From positions 64,001-128,000 of the forward strand of contig CAVYNY010000021.1 in assembly GCA_963769935.1 (NCBI GenBank): DNA of 64,000 bases, read 5' to 3'. Every line of letters begins with the position of its first letter. The first letter of the stretch is position 1. The notes beneath the pieces are model-generated. The model was given only the letters and a program-made list of their open reading frames with translations, was not told where the DNA came from and made no database searches. Shown here piece after piece: positions 27,893-37,553 of the stretch. The DNA comes from an uncultured delta proteobacterium (GTDB lineage: Bacteria > Desulfobacterota > Desulfobacteria > Desulfobacterales > JAFDCJ01). A program made the translations under genes and the position numbers.

Positions 27893-27918
27893 GTCTTTTT
27901 TCCCTTCTTGCCCCTGTC

Positions 27919-28287
27919 TCACGGCAGGTTTGATTTCTCCTGGCCGGTTGTCAAGCGGCTCAGCTGTTCCTCCAATATTGAAGACAGTCCGATGCCGCCG
28001 GCAGCCGAAATCTTTCTGGACAGCTCAACATCCAGCATCGAGGTGAAAATCTCCTCGGCCCGTCCACCGCTGATAAAGCCGGATTTGTCGATTGTCGCCC
28101 GCATTTGCTGGATCAGGTAGTTTACGAAGAGCGACTCCATCTCCGTGCAGGCGGCATGCAGCCGAGGGTCGGTTTTACCGGCCGCAATTTTTTTGGCCGC
28201 GTTCAGGGTGTTGCCGATTCTCTGGTTCCGGTACTGCCGGTTAAGATAACCGGCGGCCTGTAAGAAGAAGGAATTATTATCATCCAT
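27919..28287 (-). CDS. flgJ: FlgJ rod-binding protein (no muramidase domain)
   Basis: EMESLFV..LIQQMRAT, EEIFTSMLD.ELS, GGIGLS..L.EQL; ATG just after the flgI stop. Confidence 0.88.
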   Translation of the reverse strand: MDDNNSFFLQAAGYLNRQYRNQRIGNTLNAAKKIAAGKTDPRLHAACTEMESLFVNYLIQQMRATIDKSGFISGGRAEEIFTSMLDVELSRKISAAGGIGLSSILEEQLSRLTTGQEKSNLP

Positions 28288-28288
28288 A

Positions 28289-29425
28289 TTATATGATCTC
28301 CAATTCAGCCTGCAGAGCGCCGGCCGCTTTGAGGGCCTGAAAAATGGCAATCAGATCCCGCGGGGAAGCACCCAGGGCATTTAAGGCCTTGACGACTTCG
28401 CCGATGCTCACGCCGGATTCCACTAAAAATATGGGGTTGTTGCCCTCCTGGACCTGGACATCCGATTCGGGCGTGACCACAGTCCTACCGGATCTTGAAA
28501 ACGGCAGCGGCTGGGAAACTTGCTGAGTCTCCGTAATTTGGATGCTTAAATTCCCGTGAGCGATGGCAATGGTGGAAATTCTCACATTTTCGCCCATGAT
28601 GACCGTGCCGGTGCGCTCATTGATGACCACCTTGGACACCACATCCGGGGTGACTCCCAAACCTTCGATCATCGTTACCATGGGAACGGTATTGCCTCTG
28701 TATTTTTCAGGGACTTTGACTTCAATGGTGCCGGCGTCCAGGGTACGGGCGATGGGTTCATAAAATGCAATATTTATCGCCTGCGCCATGCGGGAAGCAG
28801 TGGTAAAATCCGGCAGGTGCAGCGTTAAGGTAAGCAATTGCTTTTGATTAAAATGGGTAGATACCTCTTTTTCAATCAAGGCGCCGTTGACCACCCGGCC
28901 CACGGTCGGAAAGTTTTTCTGAACCTCGGTACCGGATGCAGTTCCGGCAACAAAACCACCTGTACTGACGGATCCCTGCGCCACGGCATAAACCTGACCA
29001 TCCGCCGCCTTCAGCGGGGTAAAAAGCAGGTTGCCTCCCTGAAGATTATTGGAGTCACCAATGGAACTCACGAGAACATCAATTCTGCTTCCGGTGCGCG
29101 CAAAGGCCGGCAGATCGGTGGTCACCATAACCGCGGCCACATTATTCACCTTGATGTCATCCGGTTTGACGGTAACGCCCATTTTTTCCAGCATGCTGGC
29201 CATGGACTGCAGCGTGAAGATCGCCTTATTACTGTCGCCGGTGCCGTTCAATCCAACCACCAGGCCATAGCCGACCAGCTGATTCGGTCGCACGCCTTTG
29301 ATATCGGCGATATCCTTGATGCGCACCCCTTGGGCAGGTTCGACCAAAAACAGTAAACCCGCCAAAAACAGCACGAGTTTAAGAATTGAAGGTATCATCG
29401 GATTTTTCAAATTAACCAGCAGCAT
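28289..29425 (-). CDS. flgI: Flagellar P-ring protein
   Basis: RIKDIA...GVRPNQLVGYGLVVGL.GTGD; ALKAAGALQAELEII. Confidence 0.97.
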   Translation of the reverse strand: MLLVNLKNPMIPSILKLVLFLAGLLFLVEPAQGVRIKDIADIKGVRPNQLVGYGLVVGLNGTGDSNKAIFTLQSMASMLEKMGVTVKPDDIKVNNVAAVMVTTDLPAFARTGSRIDVLVSSIGDSNNLQGGNLLFTPLKAADGQVYAVAQGSVSTGGFVAGTASGTEVQKNFPTVGRVVNGALIEKEVSTHFNQKQLLTLTLHLPDFTTASRMAQAINIAFYEPIARTLDAGTIEVKVPEKYRGNTVPMVTMIEGLGVTPDVVSKVVINERTGTVIMGENVRISTIAIAHGNLSIQITETQQVSQPLPFSRSGRTVVTPESDVQVQEGNNPIFLVESGVSIGEVVKALNALGASPRDLIAIFQALKAAGALQAELEII

Positions 29426-29443
29426 AAAGATTTTTCCTTTAAA

Positions 29444-30241
29444 CTAAAACGGCCAGGCGCTGTTCAGCAAATTGGCCAGCCATCCGGGGCGCTGACGATC
29501 GTTTACAATGCCGGAGCCGCTGTACGCTATTTTGGCATCGGAGATAAAGGTCGATAATATGACATTGGTATCGGAGATATCGCGCGGCCGGATGACACCG
29601 GATAAAATGATTATCTGGTTCTCATAGTTGACCATTACTTCACGGGTGCCGACGATCTTCAGATTGCCGTTGGGCATGACCGCCACGACCCGGCAGGTGA
29701 TATAGGCATCCAGACTGCCGCTGCGGGTAGTTTCGCCGTCGCCGGCAAATGCGCTTTTCATGGAGCCTTGGACCGATGGATCCCCGAATGGATTAATTTT
29801 GGGTAGATCATTGCTGACATCGGGTAGAATTTCGTTTTGCCACCAGTTTTCCAGGCCGAACAATTTCTGAATTCCGGCCTCGAGACTGGAGGAGCGGGTG
29901 GTATCCGTCTTGGCTTTGTTGCTGGCCTTGGCGGATTCATCAATTTTAACCGTCACGATATCGCCGATGTTGCGGGCTTTGGTATCGATAAACATTCCGT
30001 TCAAGGAACTGCCGGCCTGCCATAAAGATCCATCGCTGTCGACGGACGGCGGGAGCGCCGGATACGGAGTCTGCCTCTCTTTGGCCGCCATTTTTTCCAT
30101 CTCATACTCGATGTTGTTGCGATTTCCGGCACAGCCGTTGAAGCCGGCCAGCAAAAGAAGCGCGACAATGACTGCAGTGAATCGATCTGTTTGGGTCGGC
30201 ATTGTGTCCCCTGAAATTTTCCTTAAAAAGATCTGTTTCAT
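29444..30241 (-). CDS. flgH: Flagellar L-ring lipoprotein
   Basis: Lipobox-like FNGC, GSLW, DTKARNIGDIVTV, LSGVIRPRDI, C-terminal WPF; start uncertain. Confidence 0.95.
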   Translation of the reverse strand: MKQIFLRKISGDTMPTQTDRFTAVIVALLLLAGFNGCAGNRNNIEYEMEKMAAKERQTPYPALPPSVDSDGSLWQAGSSLNGMFIDTKARNIGDIVTVKIDESAKASNKAKTDTTRSSSLEAGIQKLFGLENWWQNEILPDVSNDLPKINPFGDPSVQGSMKSAFAGDGETTRSGSLDAYITCRVVAVMPNGNLKIVGTREVMVNYENQIIILSGVIRPRDISDTNVILSTFISDAKIAYSGSGIVNDRQRPGWLANLLNSAWPF

Positions 30242-30294
30242 GGTGTTATGGCTTTCTCAGCGTTCTCTGCGGTAAACGGTTCCAAATGAAGTTT

Positions 30295-31305
30295 TTAAAA
30301 ATCAACTTTCACCGTATTGGCATCCACCACCCGGGCATAAAGAATTTTTTTTGAGTCAAAATTAATCACCGGAATGCGTTCTCCGATTCTACCCTTCTTC
30401 CTGACTTCTCCCAGTGCCGTAGCTTTCAGACCGTCGGTTTCGGCTACGATTACGACCACATCCCCGCGCTTCACCAGCGGCGGAAATTCAATCAGGTTCG
30501 GCCGCAATACCGTTTGGGCGCCAATAGCTCGTTTGGTTCTTTTGCCCAGCACCGCATCCGGATCAAGGATGACATCGGAAGGCAAATTCGCCAGATCCAT
30601 CTTTTGCACTTCAATATCATCTTCTGTAATCGGCTTATACCGCCCGAGAGGTTTTTTGGTAACCACAACATCGCTGAATACTTCTACGGTTGCGGTGGCC
30701 CAGGCGCGTTTGAAAAATTTACCGTTGACATCGAAATCAATGGTGAACTGAATTTTTCCCATCGCTTCGGCATTTTGCGTGGGACTGACGGTATAAGTTA
30801 CGCGGCCGTCGGGCAATTCGATCTCCTCGGCCACTCGAATGTCTTTGATTCTGGCATCAGGCAAGTCGGCCAATAAATTTTTAGTGATGTAATCCGAAAC
30901 CAGAGTTTTGATTTTTTCCCGGCTCATTACGATTAAGCTGCGTTTGACCACGACCTTTGGCGGAATCTGCAACACCAGATCAGCCGGATCAAATCCGTTT
31001 TGCTTCAGGCGCCGGTTTAAGTCGGCGGCTTCAAATTCCAGTGAATTGCCCGGCAGCGGCGCCCGGCCGATGTATATGTTGCCAAGCCTGTCAACCAAAA
31101 GCGGGTCATCACCTTCGATCTTGGCAATTTTACGCAGATAAACGGACTCACCATCAACCAGTGAATCTGGTGCAACGCTGATCCGCAATCCGCCGGCGGC
31201 AAAGACTGCACCGGTCATTGCCGGCAGAAGCAAAACCGTCCAAAGGCAAATGATCGACAGCCGGGGGCGCATGTCTTTATAAAATTTCAAATTGTTACCT
31301 CTCAA
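30295..31305 (-). CDS. flgA: P-ring formation chaperone FlgA
   Basis: SAF-like domain, LVKRGDVV...GLKATALG...G.IGERI.V.N..SKK; between flgG and flgH; start uncertain. Confidence 0.88.
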   Translation of the reverse strand: MRGNNLKFYKDMRPRLSIICLWTVLLLPAMTGAVFAAGGLRISVAPDSLVDGESVYLRKIAKIEGDDPLLVDRLGNIYIGRAPLPGNSLEFEAADLNRRLKQNGFDPADLVLQIPPKVVVKRSLIVMSREKIKTLVSDYITKNLLADLPDARIKDIRVAEEIELPDGRVTYTVSPTQNAEAMGKIQFTIDFDVNGKFFKRAWATATVEVFSDVVVTKKPLGRYKPITEDDIEVQKMDLANLPSDVILDPDAVLGKRTKRAIGAQTVLRPNLIEFPPLVKRGDVVVIVAETDGLKATALGEVRKKGRIGERIPVINFDSKKILYARVVDANTVKVDF

Positions 31306-31314
31306 TCTTCAGCG

Positions 31315-32103
31315 TTAGCGTTTGACGTTGTTGGCCATTGACAGCATTTCATCGGCCGTCTGGATTGATTTGCTGTTGGCCTCGTAGGCCCGCTGCGCCG
31401 TTATCATGTTGACCATTTCGTCCACCACGCTGACATTGGACATTTCTAAAAAGCCCTGGGCCAAGGTTCCCAAGCCATCTTGGCCGGCAATACCGGTTAT
31501 CGCATCGCCGGTTGCTTGGGAGGTTATAAACAGGTTTTTGCCCATGCTGATCAGGCCGGCCGGATTGACGAAGCGGACCAATTCAATGGTGCCCACTTCG
31601 CTGGGCGTTGTCTCCCCGGCCTGCAGCACCGAAACCGTGCCGTCCATGCCCACGGTAACGGATACCGCATCCGAAGGGACGGTAATTTGCGGTTCCAGTG
31701 AAAATCCATCGCCATTGACGATGCGCCCCTGATTGTCGAGCTTAAACGCCCCGTCCCGGCTATAAGCTGTCTCGCCGTTGGGCATTATGATCTGAAAGAA
31801 CCCAGCCCCCTCGATGGCGAGATCGAGTTGGTTTTTGGTGTTTTCCAGTTCTCCCTGGCTGAACATTTTCAGCACGCTGGACGGCCGGACACCGCTGCCC
31901 AGCTGAATACCGGCCGGCACCTCGGTGTCCTGGCTGGAGGGTGTTCCAGCCGGTCGCAGGGTTTCGTAGAGCAAATCCTGAAATTCAGCTCGGCTTTTTT
32001 TAAAGCCCGTGGTGCCCACATTGGCCAGATTGTTTGATATAACATCCAGGTTCAATGCCTGCGCCTGCATGCCGCTTGCTGATGTCCATAAGCTGCGTAT
32101 CAT
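31315..32103 (-). CDS. flgG: Distal rod protein FlgG
   Basis: [56 protein letters not shown]. Confidence 0.97.
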   Translation of the reverse strand: MIRSLWTSASGMQAQALNLDVISNNLANVGTTGFKKSRAEFQDLLYETLRPAGTPSSQDTEVPAGIQLGSGVRPSSVLKMFSQGELENTKNQLDLAIEGAGFFQIIMPNGETAYSRDGAFKLDNQGRIVNGDGFSLEPQITVPSDAVSVTVGMDGTVSVLQAGETTPSEVGTIELVRFVNPAGLISMGKNLFITSQATGDAITGIAGQDGLGTLAQGFLEMSNVSVVDEMVNMITAQRAYEANSKSIQTADEMLSMANNVKR

Positions 32104-32210
32104 TGGTCCTCCCGGTAGCTACATTTGTCATTTGTTAAATATTATTGGTTATTGCTGAGTGGATATCAGCCATGACTTTCTGATAGTTGATGACAACTAA
32201 CAGATAACTT

Positions 32211-32981
32211 TTAAATTACGCCGACCTGATTGATGGCCTTGGAATTGGCATCATCCGCCGCTTGAATGACTTTCTGATACGATTCATACCCCCTTAATAC
32301 TTCAATCATCTCTGTCATCATTTTGACGGCGTCAACATTGGACATTTCGATAAACCCCTGGCTGACTTTAAAATTTTCGGCCCCGACCTCGGCTGCACCG
32401 GCGGCCGGCGGCTTGAATAAGGTATCACCGGCCTTGGACAGCCGGTTAAGCTCGGCGATATTAACGATCCGAAGGGTGTCCACCTGCTGGCCGTCAACCG
32501 ACACATTGCCCTGCTCATCGACGGCAAATTTTTCATATTGATTCGGATTGGCATTGCTCGTTACGGTAATTTCACCGCTTTCTCCCAGCACCGGCCAGCC
32601 GTTGCGGGTCACCAGGACCCCATCGGCATTGAGAGTGAAATCACCTTGGCGGGTGTATTGGACACCATCCGGTGTCTGAACGCAAAAAAAACCGTCCCCC
32701 TGCAAGGCCAGATCAAAATCGTTGCCGGTTTTTTTCAGTGGTCCATTGCTGTGATCGGTATAAACATTGAAGTTCGACCAGAACAGGTCCGCCTGCGAAC
32801 TCAGGTTCGGTGCATTCCCGGCGGTCGGGAGCGTCGGGTCGTTGGGATCGACCTGGGCAAAATACCCCTGATCCATTTTAAAGCCGACCGTATTGGCGTT
32901 GGCCAGATTATTGGAGATTATTTCCAGCCGTTTTTCACACGCCAGTGCACCGGCGGCCGCTATGTAAATGTCACCGCTCAT
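32211..32981 (-). CDS. flgF: Proximal rod protein FlgF
   Basis: ISNNLANANTVGFK, TGNDFDLAL.GDGFF, YTRQGDF; upstream of flgG; start set at MSGDIY. Confidence 0.9.
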   Translation of the reverse strand: MSGDIYIAAAGALACEKRLEIISNNLANANTVGFKMDQGYFAQVDPNDPTLPTAGNAPNLSSQADLFWSNFNVYTDHSNGPLKKTGNDFDLALQGDGFFCVQTPDGVQYTRQGDFTLNADGVLVTRNGWPVLGESGEITVTSNANPNQYEKFAVDEQGNVSVDGQQVDTLRIVNIAELNRLSKAGDTLFKPPAAGAAEVGAENFKVSQGFIEMSNVDAVKMMTEMIEVLRGYESYQKVIQAADDANSKAINQVGVI

Positions 32982-33088
32982 TAGACTTCCTTTGGATTGA
33001 GTCTGCGAAAATTGATCTTTCCTACCACTTAAAATATACGTTTGTCTGATCCGCCAGATCGATTTCCGGCGGCATGGCAGTATGCTGA

Positions 33089-33104
33089 TGCAAGAGACAT
33101 ACCA
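33089..33104 (-). promoter_or_regulatory. sigma54 promoter of the flgF operon
   Basis: TGGTAT-GTCTC-TTGCA; GGCAAAAAATTCC box at 33211-33223. Confidence 0.7.
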
Positions 33105-33232
33105 AGTCGGCCATGCCGCCAGGACGCCCGCCAAGCGTCGGTATTCAACGCAGGGCGGGCGGCACCGGTTTTAGAGCGCCTTATCTTTGCCGGGTTTAAA
33201 CGGTCGGGTAGGAATTTTTTGCCGGTGGCTTA

Positions 33233-33388
33233 GGGTTCACGAAAAAATTAGTTCACAATTTTAGGCGTTGCGGCGCCCGGCTGGCAAGGCGCGAAAACGC
33301 AGGAATATCTGGATATTGCGAGCTTTCGCAACGCAGCCAGGCGGGATGCAGCGGCGTATAAAATGTGAAATTATTTTTGAGTGAGCCC
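33233..33388 (-). mobile_element. Palindromic MITE-like element, copy 2
   Basis: Near-identical reverse complement of 3007-3161, flanked by TTA direct repeats. Confidence 0.8.
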
Positions 33389-33406
33389 TTAGTGCGATTA
33401 TTGTAA

Positions 33407-33916
33407 TTAGGGTAACGAATTTGATGAACTGGTGTTGAGGCTCAAGATGAGTTCGACTTCACCCAGCGGGGTTTTGAGTTCCTCGGCAATTTGGCGGGCC
33501 GGCATGCCCTTGGCGGCAAGTTGCTGGATCTGTTGCTGCAATTCGTCAATCTGCGACATGCCGTCGGAGACCGGGAATATTTCGCGGCTGTTGGAACGGC
33601 TCACTGGGGCAGGATAATTGAAAATGGGGGAGGTTTCAGGGCTTTGGCGGCCGAACGACAGCAGGTTTTCCAACTTAAGCCGCTCGGCGGCCATGGTGTC
33701 GGCGATATTGGCAAAAGCCTGGTCAATCTGTTGTTTGACCGTCTGACTCAGGACCTGCACATTGAAACTTTCCCCTGACGCCCTGAATGCATCTTCGCGT
33801 GCCGAAGACTTGAGCTTTCTACGGCTGCGGATTAGAAATAAAAGGATCAGCAGACATAATATGATCTGGATGCCGTCGACGGCCCTATCCCAGTATTGCG
33901 GCACTTGAAATACCAT
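33407..33916 (-). CDS. Membrane-anchored flagellar-locus protein with C-terminal HTH (DUF2802/DUF6115-like)
   Basis: N-terminal TM, coiled coil, G...RQIAEEL..PLGEVELIL.L C-terminus; AAGGAG RBS. Confidence 0.7.
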   Translation of the reverse strand: MVFQVPQYWDRAVDGIQIILCLLILLFLIRSRRKLKSSAREDAFRASGESFNVQVLSQTVKQQIDQAFANIADTMAAERLKLENLLSFGRQSPETSPIFNYPAPVSRSNSREIFPVSDGMSQIDELQQQIQQLAAKGMPARQIAEELKTPLGEVELILSLNTSSSNSLP

Positions 33917-33942
33917 CTTAACTCCTTGTTTGTTATCATCAG

Positions 33943-34236
33943 CTAAACTCGGATATCGATGATTCGGTTTAATGAGGGATCAGTAGATTTTTCCTCTTCG
34001 TCGGCATCTTTCCTGGTTGCATACCGCGCGCTGTGTTCATCACCGGCAGAATTGTCGCCATCGGGGCTGCTTGCAAGTTCGGAATCATCTTTTTTCTTTT
34101 TCTTCCGGCGTTTTTTTTTAAATACTTCTTCAAACGGATTTTGCGGGTCGTTGCCTTTTCTTTGATCCGTCCGTTTAACTTTAGGGGCGGATGACAGGGA
34201 CGGCAGTACCTTATTTAATTTTAGGCTATCCACCAT
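33943..34236 (-). CDS. Hypothetical low-complexity protein downstream of fliA
   Basis: GGAGGT RBS; Lys-rich tract; C-terminal IIDIRV. Confidence 0.7.
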   Translation of the reverse strand: MVDSLKLNKVLPSLSSAPKVKRTDQRKGNDPQNPFEEVFKKKRRKKKKKDDSELASSPDGDNSAGDEHSARYATRKDADEEEKSTDPSLNRIIDIRV

Positions 34237-34330
34237 AGCGCGACCTCCAGTTGGCGAGCATCAAGAAATGCGGCGAGCGATCGGTTCAGGCGGACCAATA
34301 ATCCCGGTTACAAAATCTTATCTGCAAATA

Positions 34331-35083
34331 TCATTCGATCAGCTTTTCTTTTCTCAATTTGGCCCGCAATCGTCTTATGGCCTGGGAGTGAATTTGTGAG
34401 ACCCTTGATTCGGTGATGTCCAGAACCTTTCCCGTCTCCTTCATGGTCAGCTCTTCCAAATAATACAGGGAAATTACCAGGCGCTCCTTCTCCGGCAGCT
34501 GTTCAATGGCCCTGACCGTCGCTTCCTTTATTTCCTTGAGCCGTGTCAGGGTGAGCGCATCGAAGTCATTTTCCACCAGATAACTCATCAATTTATCTTT
34601 TTCATCCCTGGAAGAATATCCCAGTTCCTCAAAGCTGATAAAAGATATACTTGACATCTGTTTTGTGCGATAGACCTGCTCGACGTTGACACCCATTTCT
34701 TCGGCAACTTCAATATCGTCGGCTTCCCGGCCGAATTTCTGCTCCAATCTGAGGTAGGTGTTCTCCAGTTCTCTTATTTTGCGCCGATTCGACCTGGAGA
34801 GAAAATCCCGCGATCTGAGCTCGCTTAAAACCGCACCTTTGATGCGGAAAACGGCATAGGTCATAAACTTGTTGTCTCTTTTGGGATCATAGCGATCAAC
34901 GGCCTGGATCAGGCCGATAACACCCACATTCATCAAATCATCAATGTCAATCGTGGAAGGCAGGTGAACCGCTATTCGGTGAACAATACGCTTGACATAG
35001 GGCAGGTATTCGGTGATTAATTGATCCCGGTAAGAAGTATCGTTTTTGTCTAAATTTTTTACGGGTGTCTGTGCCGGTGCCAT
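34331..35083 (-). CDS. fliA: Flagellar sigma factor sigma28
   Basis: YLPYVK.IV.RI, GLIQAVDRYD, RIKGA...ELR, LTMKE.G.VL.ITESRVSQIH. Confidence 0.96.
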   Translation of the reverse strand: MAPAQTPVKNLDKNDTSYRDQLITEYLPYVKRIVHRIAVHLPSTIDIDDLMNVGVIGLIQAVDRYDPKRDNKFMTYAVFRIKGAVLSELRSRDFLSRSNRRKIRELENTYLRLEQKFGREADDIEVAEEMGVNVEQVYRTKQMSSISFISFEELGYSSRDEKDKLMSYLVENDFDALTLTRLKEIKEATVRAIEQLPEKERLVISLYYLEELTMKETGKVLDITESRVSQIHSQAIRRLRAKLRKEKLIE

Positions 35084-35157
35084 AAAATTATATCTCCCCG
35101 ATATCGATTCAACGAGGTTGAAAGCAAATGGGTATTGGTTCTTAACTTTTTAAGTTC

Positions 35158-36066
35158 CTACACCAGGTTGTTCTGAACCAAGTGCTGCCAGAATAGATTG
35201 CTGCCGTTGCGCGGCGGGTTCAACGGCGGCATGGCGGCAATCTTGCGGGCCAAATCTTTGAAACATCTACTGGCCTGGCTTTCCGGGTATAGTTCGCTGA
35301 CAATTTTTTGATTTTTTACCCCACGGGTGACTTTTTCGTCGTGCAAAATGCAACCCAGATATTCGATTTCCATATCCAGAAACCGCTCGGTTACCAGATG
35401 CAGCTGTCTGAAAACCTCACGGCCCTCTTCCGGTCGACTGGCCATGTTTACCAGCAATTTGCAAATCTTCCCCGAATATTTAAGCGACAACACCTTCATC
35501 AGCGCATATGCATCGGTAATGGATGTCGGTTCCGGTGAGACCACAACGACGATTTCCTGAGCCGTAGCATTAAAATCCATAACATTGGAGGATATACCGG
35601 CCGCCGTATCGATAAATAAAATATCGACACTGTCGACTAACAAATCCAGCTGCCTCAGGATCTGGATCTTTTGTTCACGGGTCAGATGAGTTAATTCCTG
35701 AATACCGGATGAGGCCGGCAATATTTTCATGTGCCCCGGACCTTCAATGAGAATCTCTTCAATCGATTTCTCCTCCATAATGACGTGGGACAAATTATAT
35801 TTTGGCGCCAATCCAAGCAGGACATCCAGGTTCCCCAAGCCCAGATCCGCATCAAGGATCAGTACTTTTTTCCCTAATTTGGTGAAGGCGTATCCCAGGT
35901 TGGCGACGATGCTGGTTTTGCCGACGCCGCCCTTGCCGCTGGTAACGGCGATAACGCGGGCATTGGCGTTGTGCTTTTTTCTGGTCGTGGTCGCTGATGT
36001 TCCGGCTCCCACTTCACGTCTGCGGGACAAGCTGATCACCTTATTCGCGGGATGCTTCACGGGCAT
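35158..36066 (-). CDS. flhG: MinD-like flagellar number regulator FlhG/FleN
   Basis: TSGKGGVGKT, DADLGLGN, DTAAGI, PEPTSITDAYAL; between flhF and fliA. Confidence 0.92.
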   Translation of the reverse strand: MPVKHPANKVISLSRRREVGAGTSATTTRKKHNANARVIAVTSGKGGVGKTSIVANLGYAFTKLGKKVLILDADLGLGNLDVLLGLAPKYNLSHVIMEEKSIEEILIEGPGHMKILPASSGIQELTHLTREQKIQILRQLDLLVDSVDILFIDTAAGISSNVMDFNATAQEIVVVVSPEPTSITDAYALMKVLSLKYSGKICKLLVNMASRPEEGREVFRQLHLVTERFLDMEIEYLGCILHDEKVTRGVKNQKIVSELYPESQASRCFKDLARKIAAMPPLNPPRNGSNLFWQHLVQNNLV

Positions 36067-36095
36067 TATCGTTTGTCTCCTCACCTTGAAAACAT

Positions 36096-37553
36096 TTAAT
36101 TATTACGATGTGTATAACTCGATAGATTTAGCCGGTTTGCCATTACATCGGCGGTTTCACCCCGTTTGCGGCGATCCGGCTTGCAACTCCGGCAGGGCAG
36201 AAAATTTTGAGCCTCAGCCTCACCGGTACTATTGAACTGGATAATATTGTCGGCTTTTATTCTCGCCGACCATTTGCAATCCGTACAGTGGTAGACGTCG
36301 GAATTTTTATTGGCCACATAGTACACGCGCTTATTTGTCCGACCGTAAACTGCAGCGGTCCGGTCGATATTCGCATCCAAGGCTTTGATCGAGGGCGACC
36401 GGCCGGCGTTTTTGAACTTAAATATCAGATCGACCAGTTTCTGAACTGTGCCCGCTTCGATATCATCGGGCACCTTGCGTCCGCAGCTTAAAAATGAAAG
36501 CGGCAAACCGGTGCGGATCAATACATTGACGACGTTGCCGAAGGTACCGCTTTCATCAATTTTGGTGAACACCAATCGCTGATCACCGATGCCCTTAAAG
36601 TTTTCCGCCGTCGCCATCAGATCATTTTCCTTGGTGACGGCGCTCATGACCAGATGCGTCTGCAGGTTCGGCATCTCCGCCAGAAGCGACTTAAGCTCCA
36701 AAATCTGGTTTTGATCCGAAGGGTTGATGCCGGGGGTGTCGATCAAAATTAAGTCCGCCGGCGAATTTTTTTCTATGGCCCGATTCAATTCGGTCGCGTT
36801 GAGGGCTGTTTCCAAGGGAATCCCGATGATGCGAGCGTATTTCTTGAGCTGTTCGTTGGCTGCAATGCCATAATTATCAAGGGTTATCAGAGCAACGCGT
36901 GTCTTGTACCGGGTGGTCTGCAAGGCCGCCAGCTTGGCAAGGGTTGTCGTTTTGCCGACGCCGGCGGTACCGATAAAGGCCATGATATTCGGCTTTTCCG
37001 GTCCGAACGCATTTCTAACGGTCCGAACCCCCATTTCCTCCAGAATGGAAACCAGGTGGGTTTTAAGACTGCCATCGGCCAACAGTTCCTCTATTGCCGG
37101 AATACGCCTAATTTCATCGATCAATTCGGAAGCAACCCCGCGGTCGACTTCCTGGGCGAGGATCTGCTGATACAAAGAAGACAATGCCCGGTTGGTGCGC
37201 GAATCGACCTTATTTTTGGCAAGGTAGCTTTTCGGATAATTCGGGTTCGGCGCCGGGTAACCCGGCGAGGGGCTTTGGATCTCTTGGGCCGTCCCGTGCT
37301 CAATGCCCGGCGGAATTTTTGGCGCAATGGCTGGGCTCATTTTGGCACCCGCTGCTGTCTCATTATGTGAATCGGGCGATTGTTTATCGATGGCAGCGGT
37401 AACCTCCACGCCCGCGTACTTCAGGGATCCGAAGAATCCCCTACCCTTTCTTATACTGCGGGCTGACAAAATCACTGCCTCCGGACCGAGATCACCTTTA
37501 ATCATGCGCAGGGCCGTCGTCATATTCTTGGCTTCATACCTCTTAATTTGCAT
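36096..37553 (-). CDS. flhF: SRP-type GTPase FlhF with C-terminal Ada-type Zn-binding domain
   Basis: MQIKRY, LGPEAVILS, GVGKTTT, DTPG, TKIDE, G..VPDDI; extra YHCTDC...PCRSCKP tail. Confidence 0.92.
   Translation of the reverse strand: MQIKRYEAKNMTTALRMIKGDLGPEAVILSARSIRKGRGFFGSLKYAGVEVTAAIDKQSPDSHNETAAGAKMSPAIAPKIPPGIEHGTAQEIQSPSPGYPAPNPNYPKSYLAKNKVDSRTNRALSSLYQQILAQEVDRGVASELIDEIRRIPAIEELLADGSLKTHLVSILEEMGVRTVRNAFGPEKPNIMAFIGTAGVGKTTTLAKLAALQTTRYKTRVALITLDNYGIAANEQLKKYARIIGIPLETALNATELNRAIEKNSPADLILIDTPGINPSDQNQILELKSLLAEMPNLQTHLVMSAVTKENDLMATAENFKGIGDQRLVFTKIDESGTFGNVVNVLIRTGLPLSFLSCGRKVPDDIEAGTVQKLVDLIFKFKNAGRSPSIKALDANIDRTAAVYGRTNKRVYYVANKNSDVYHCTDCKWSARIKADNIIQFNSTGEAEAQNFLPCRSCKPDRRKRGETADVMANRLNLSSYTHRNN

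Noticed and set aside
33943..34236. Calling the 97-aa ORF flgM
   Set aside because: It lacks the conserved C-terminal KV..IK..I..G.Y sigma28-binding motif of FlgM.
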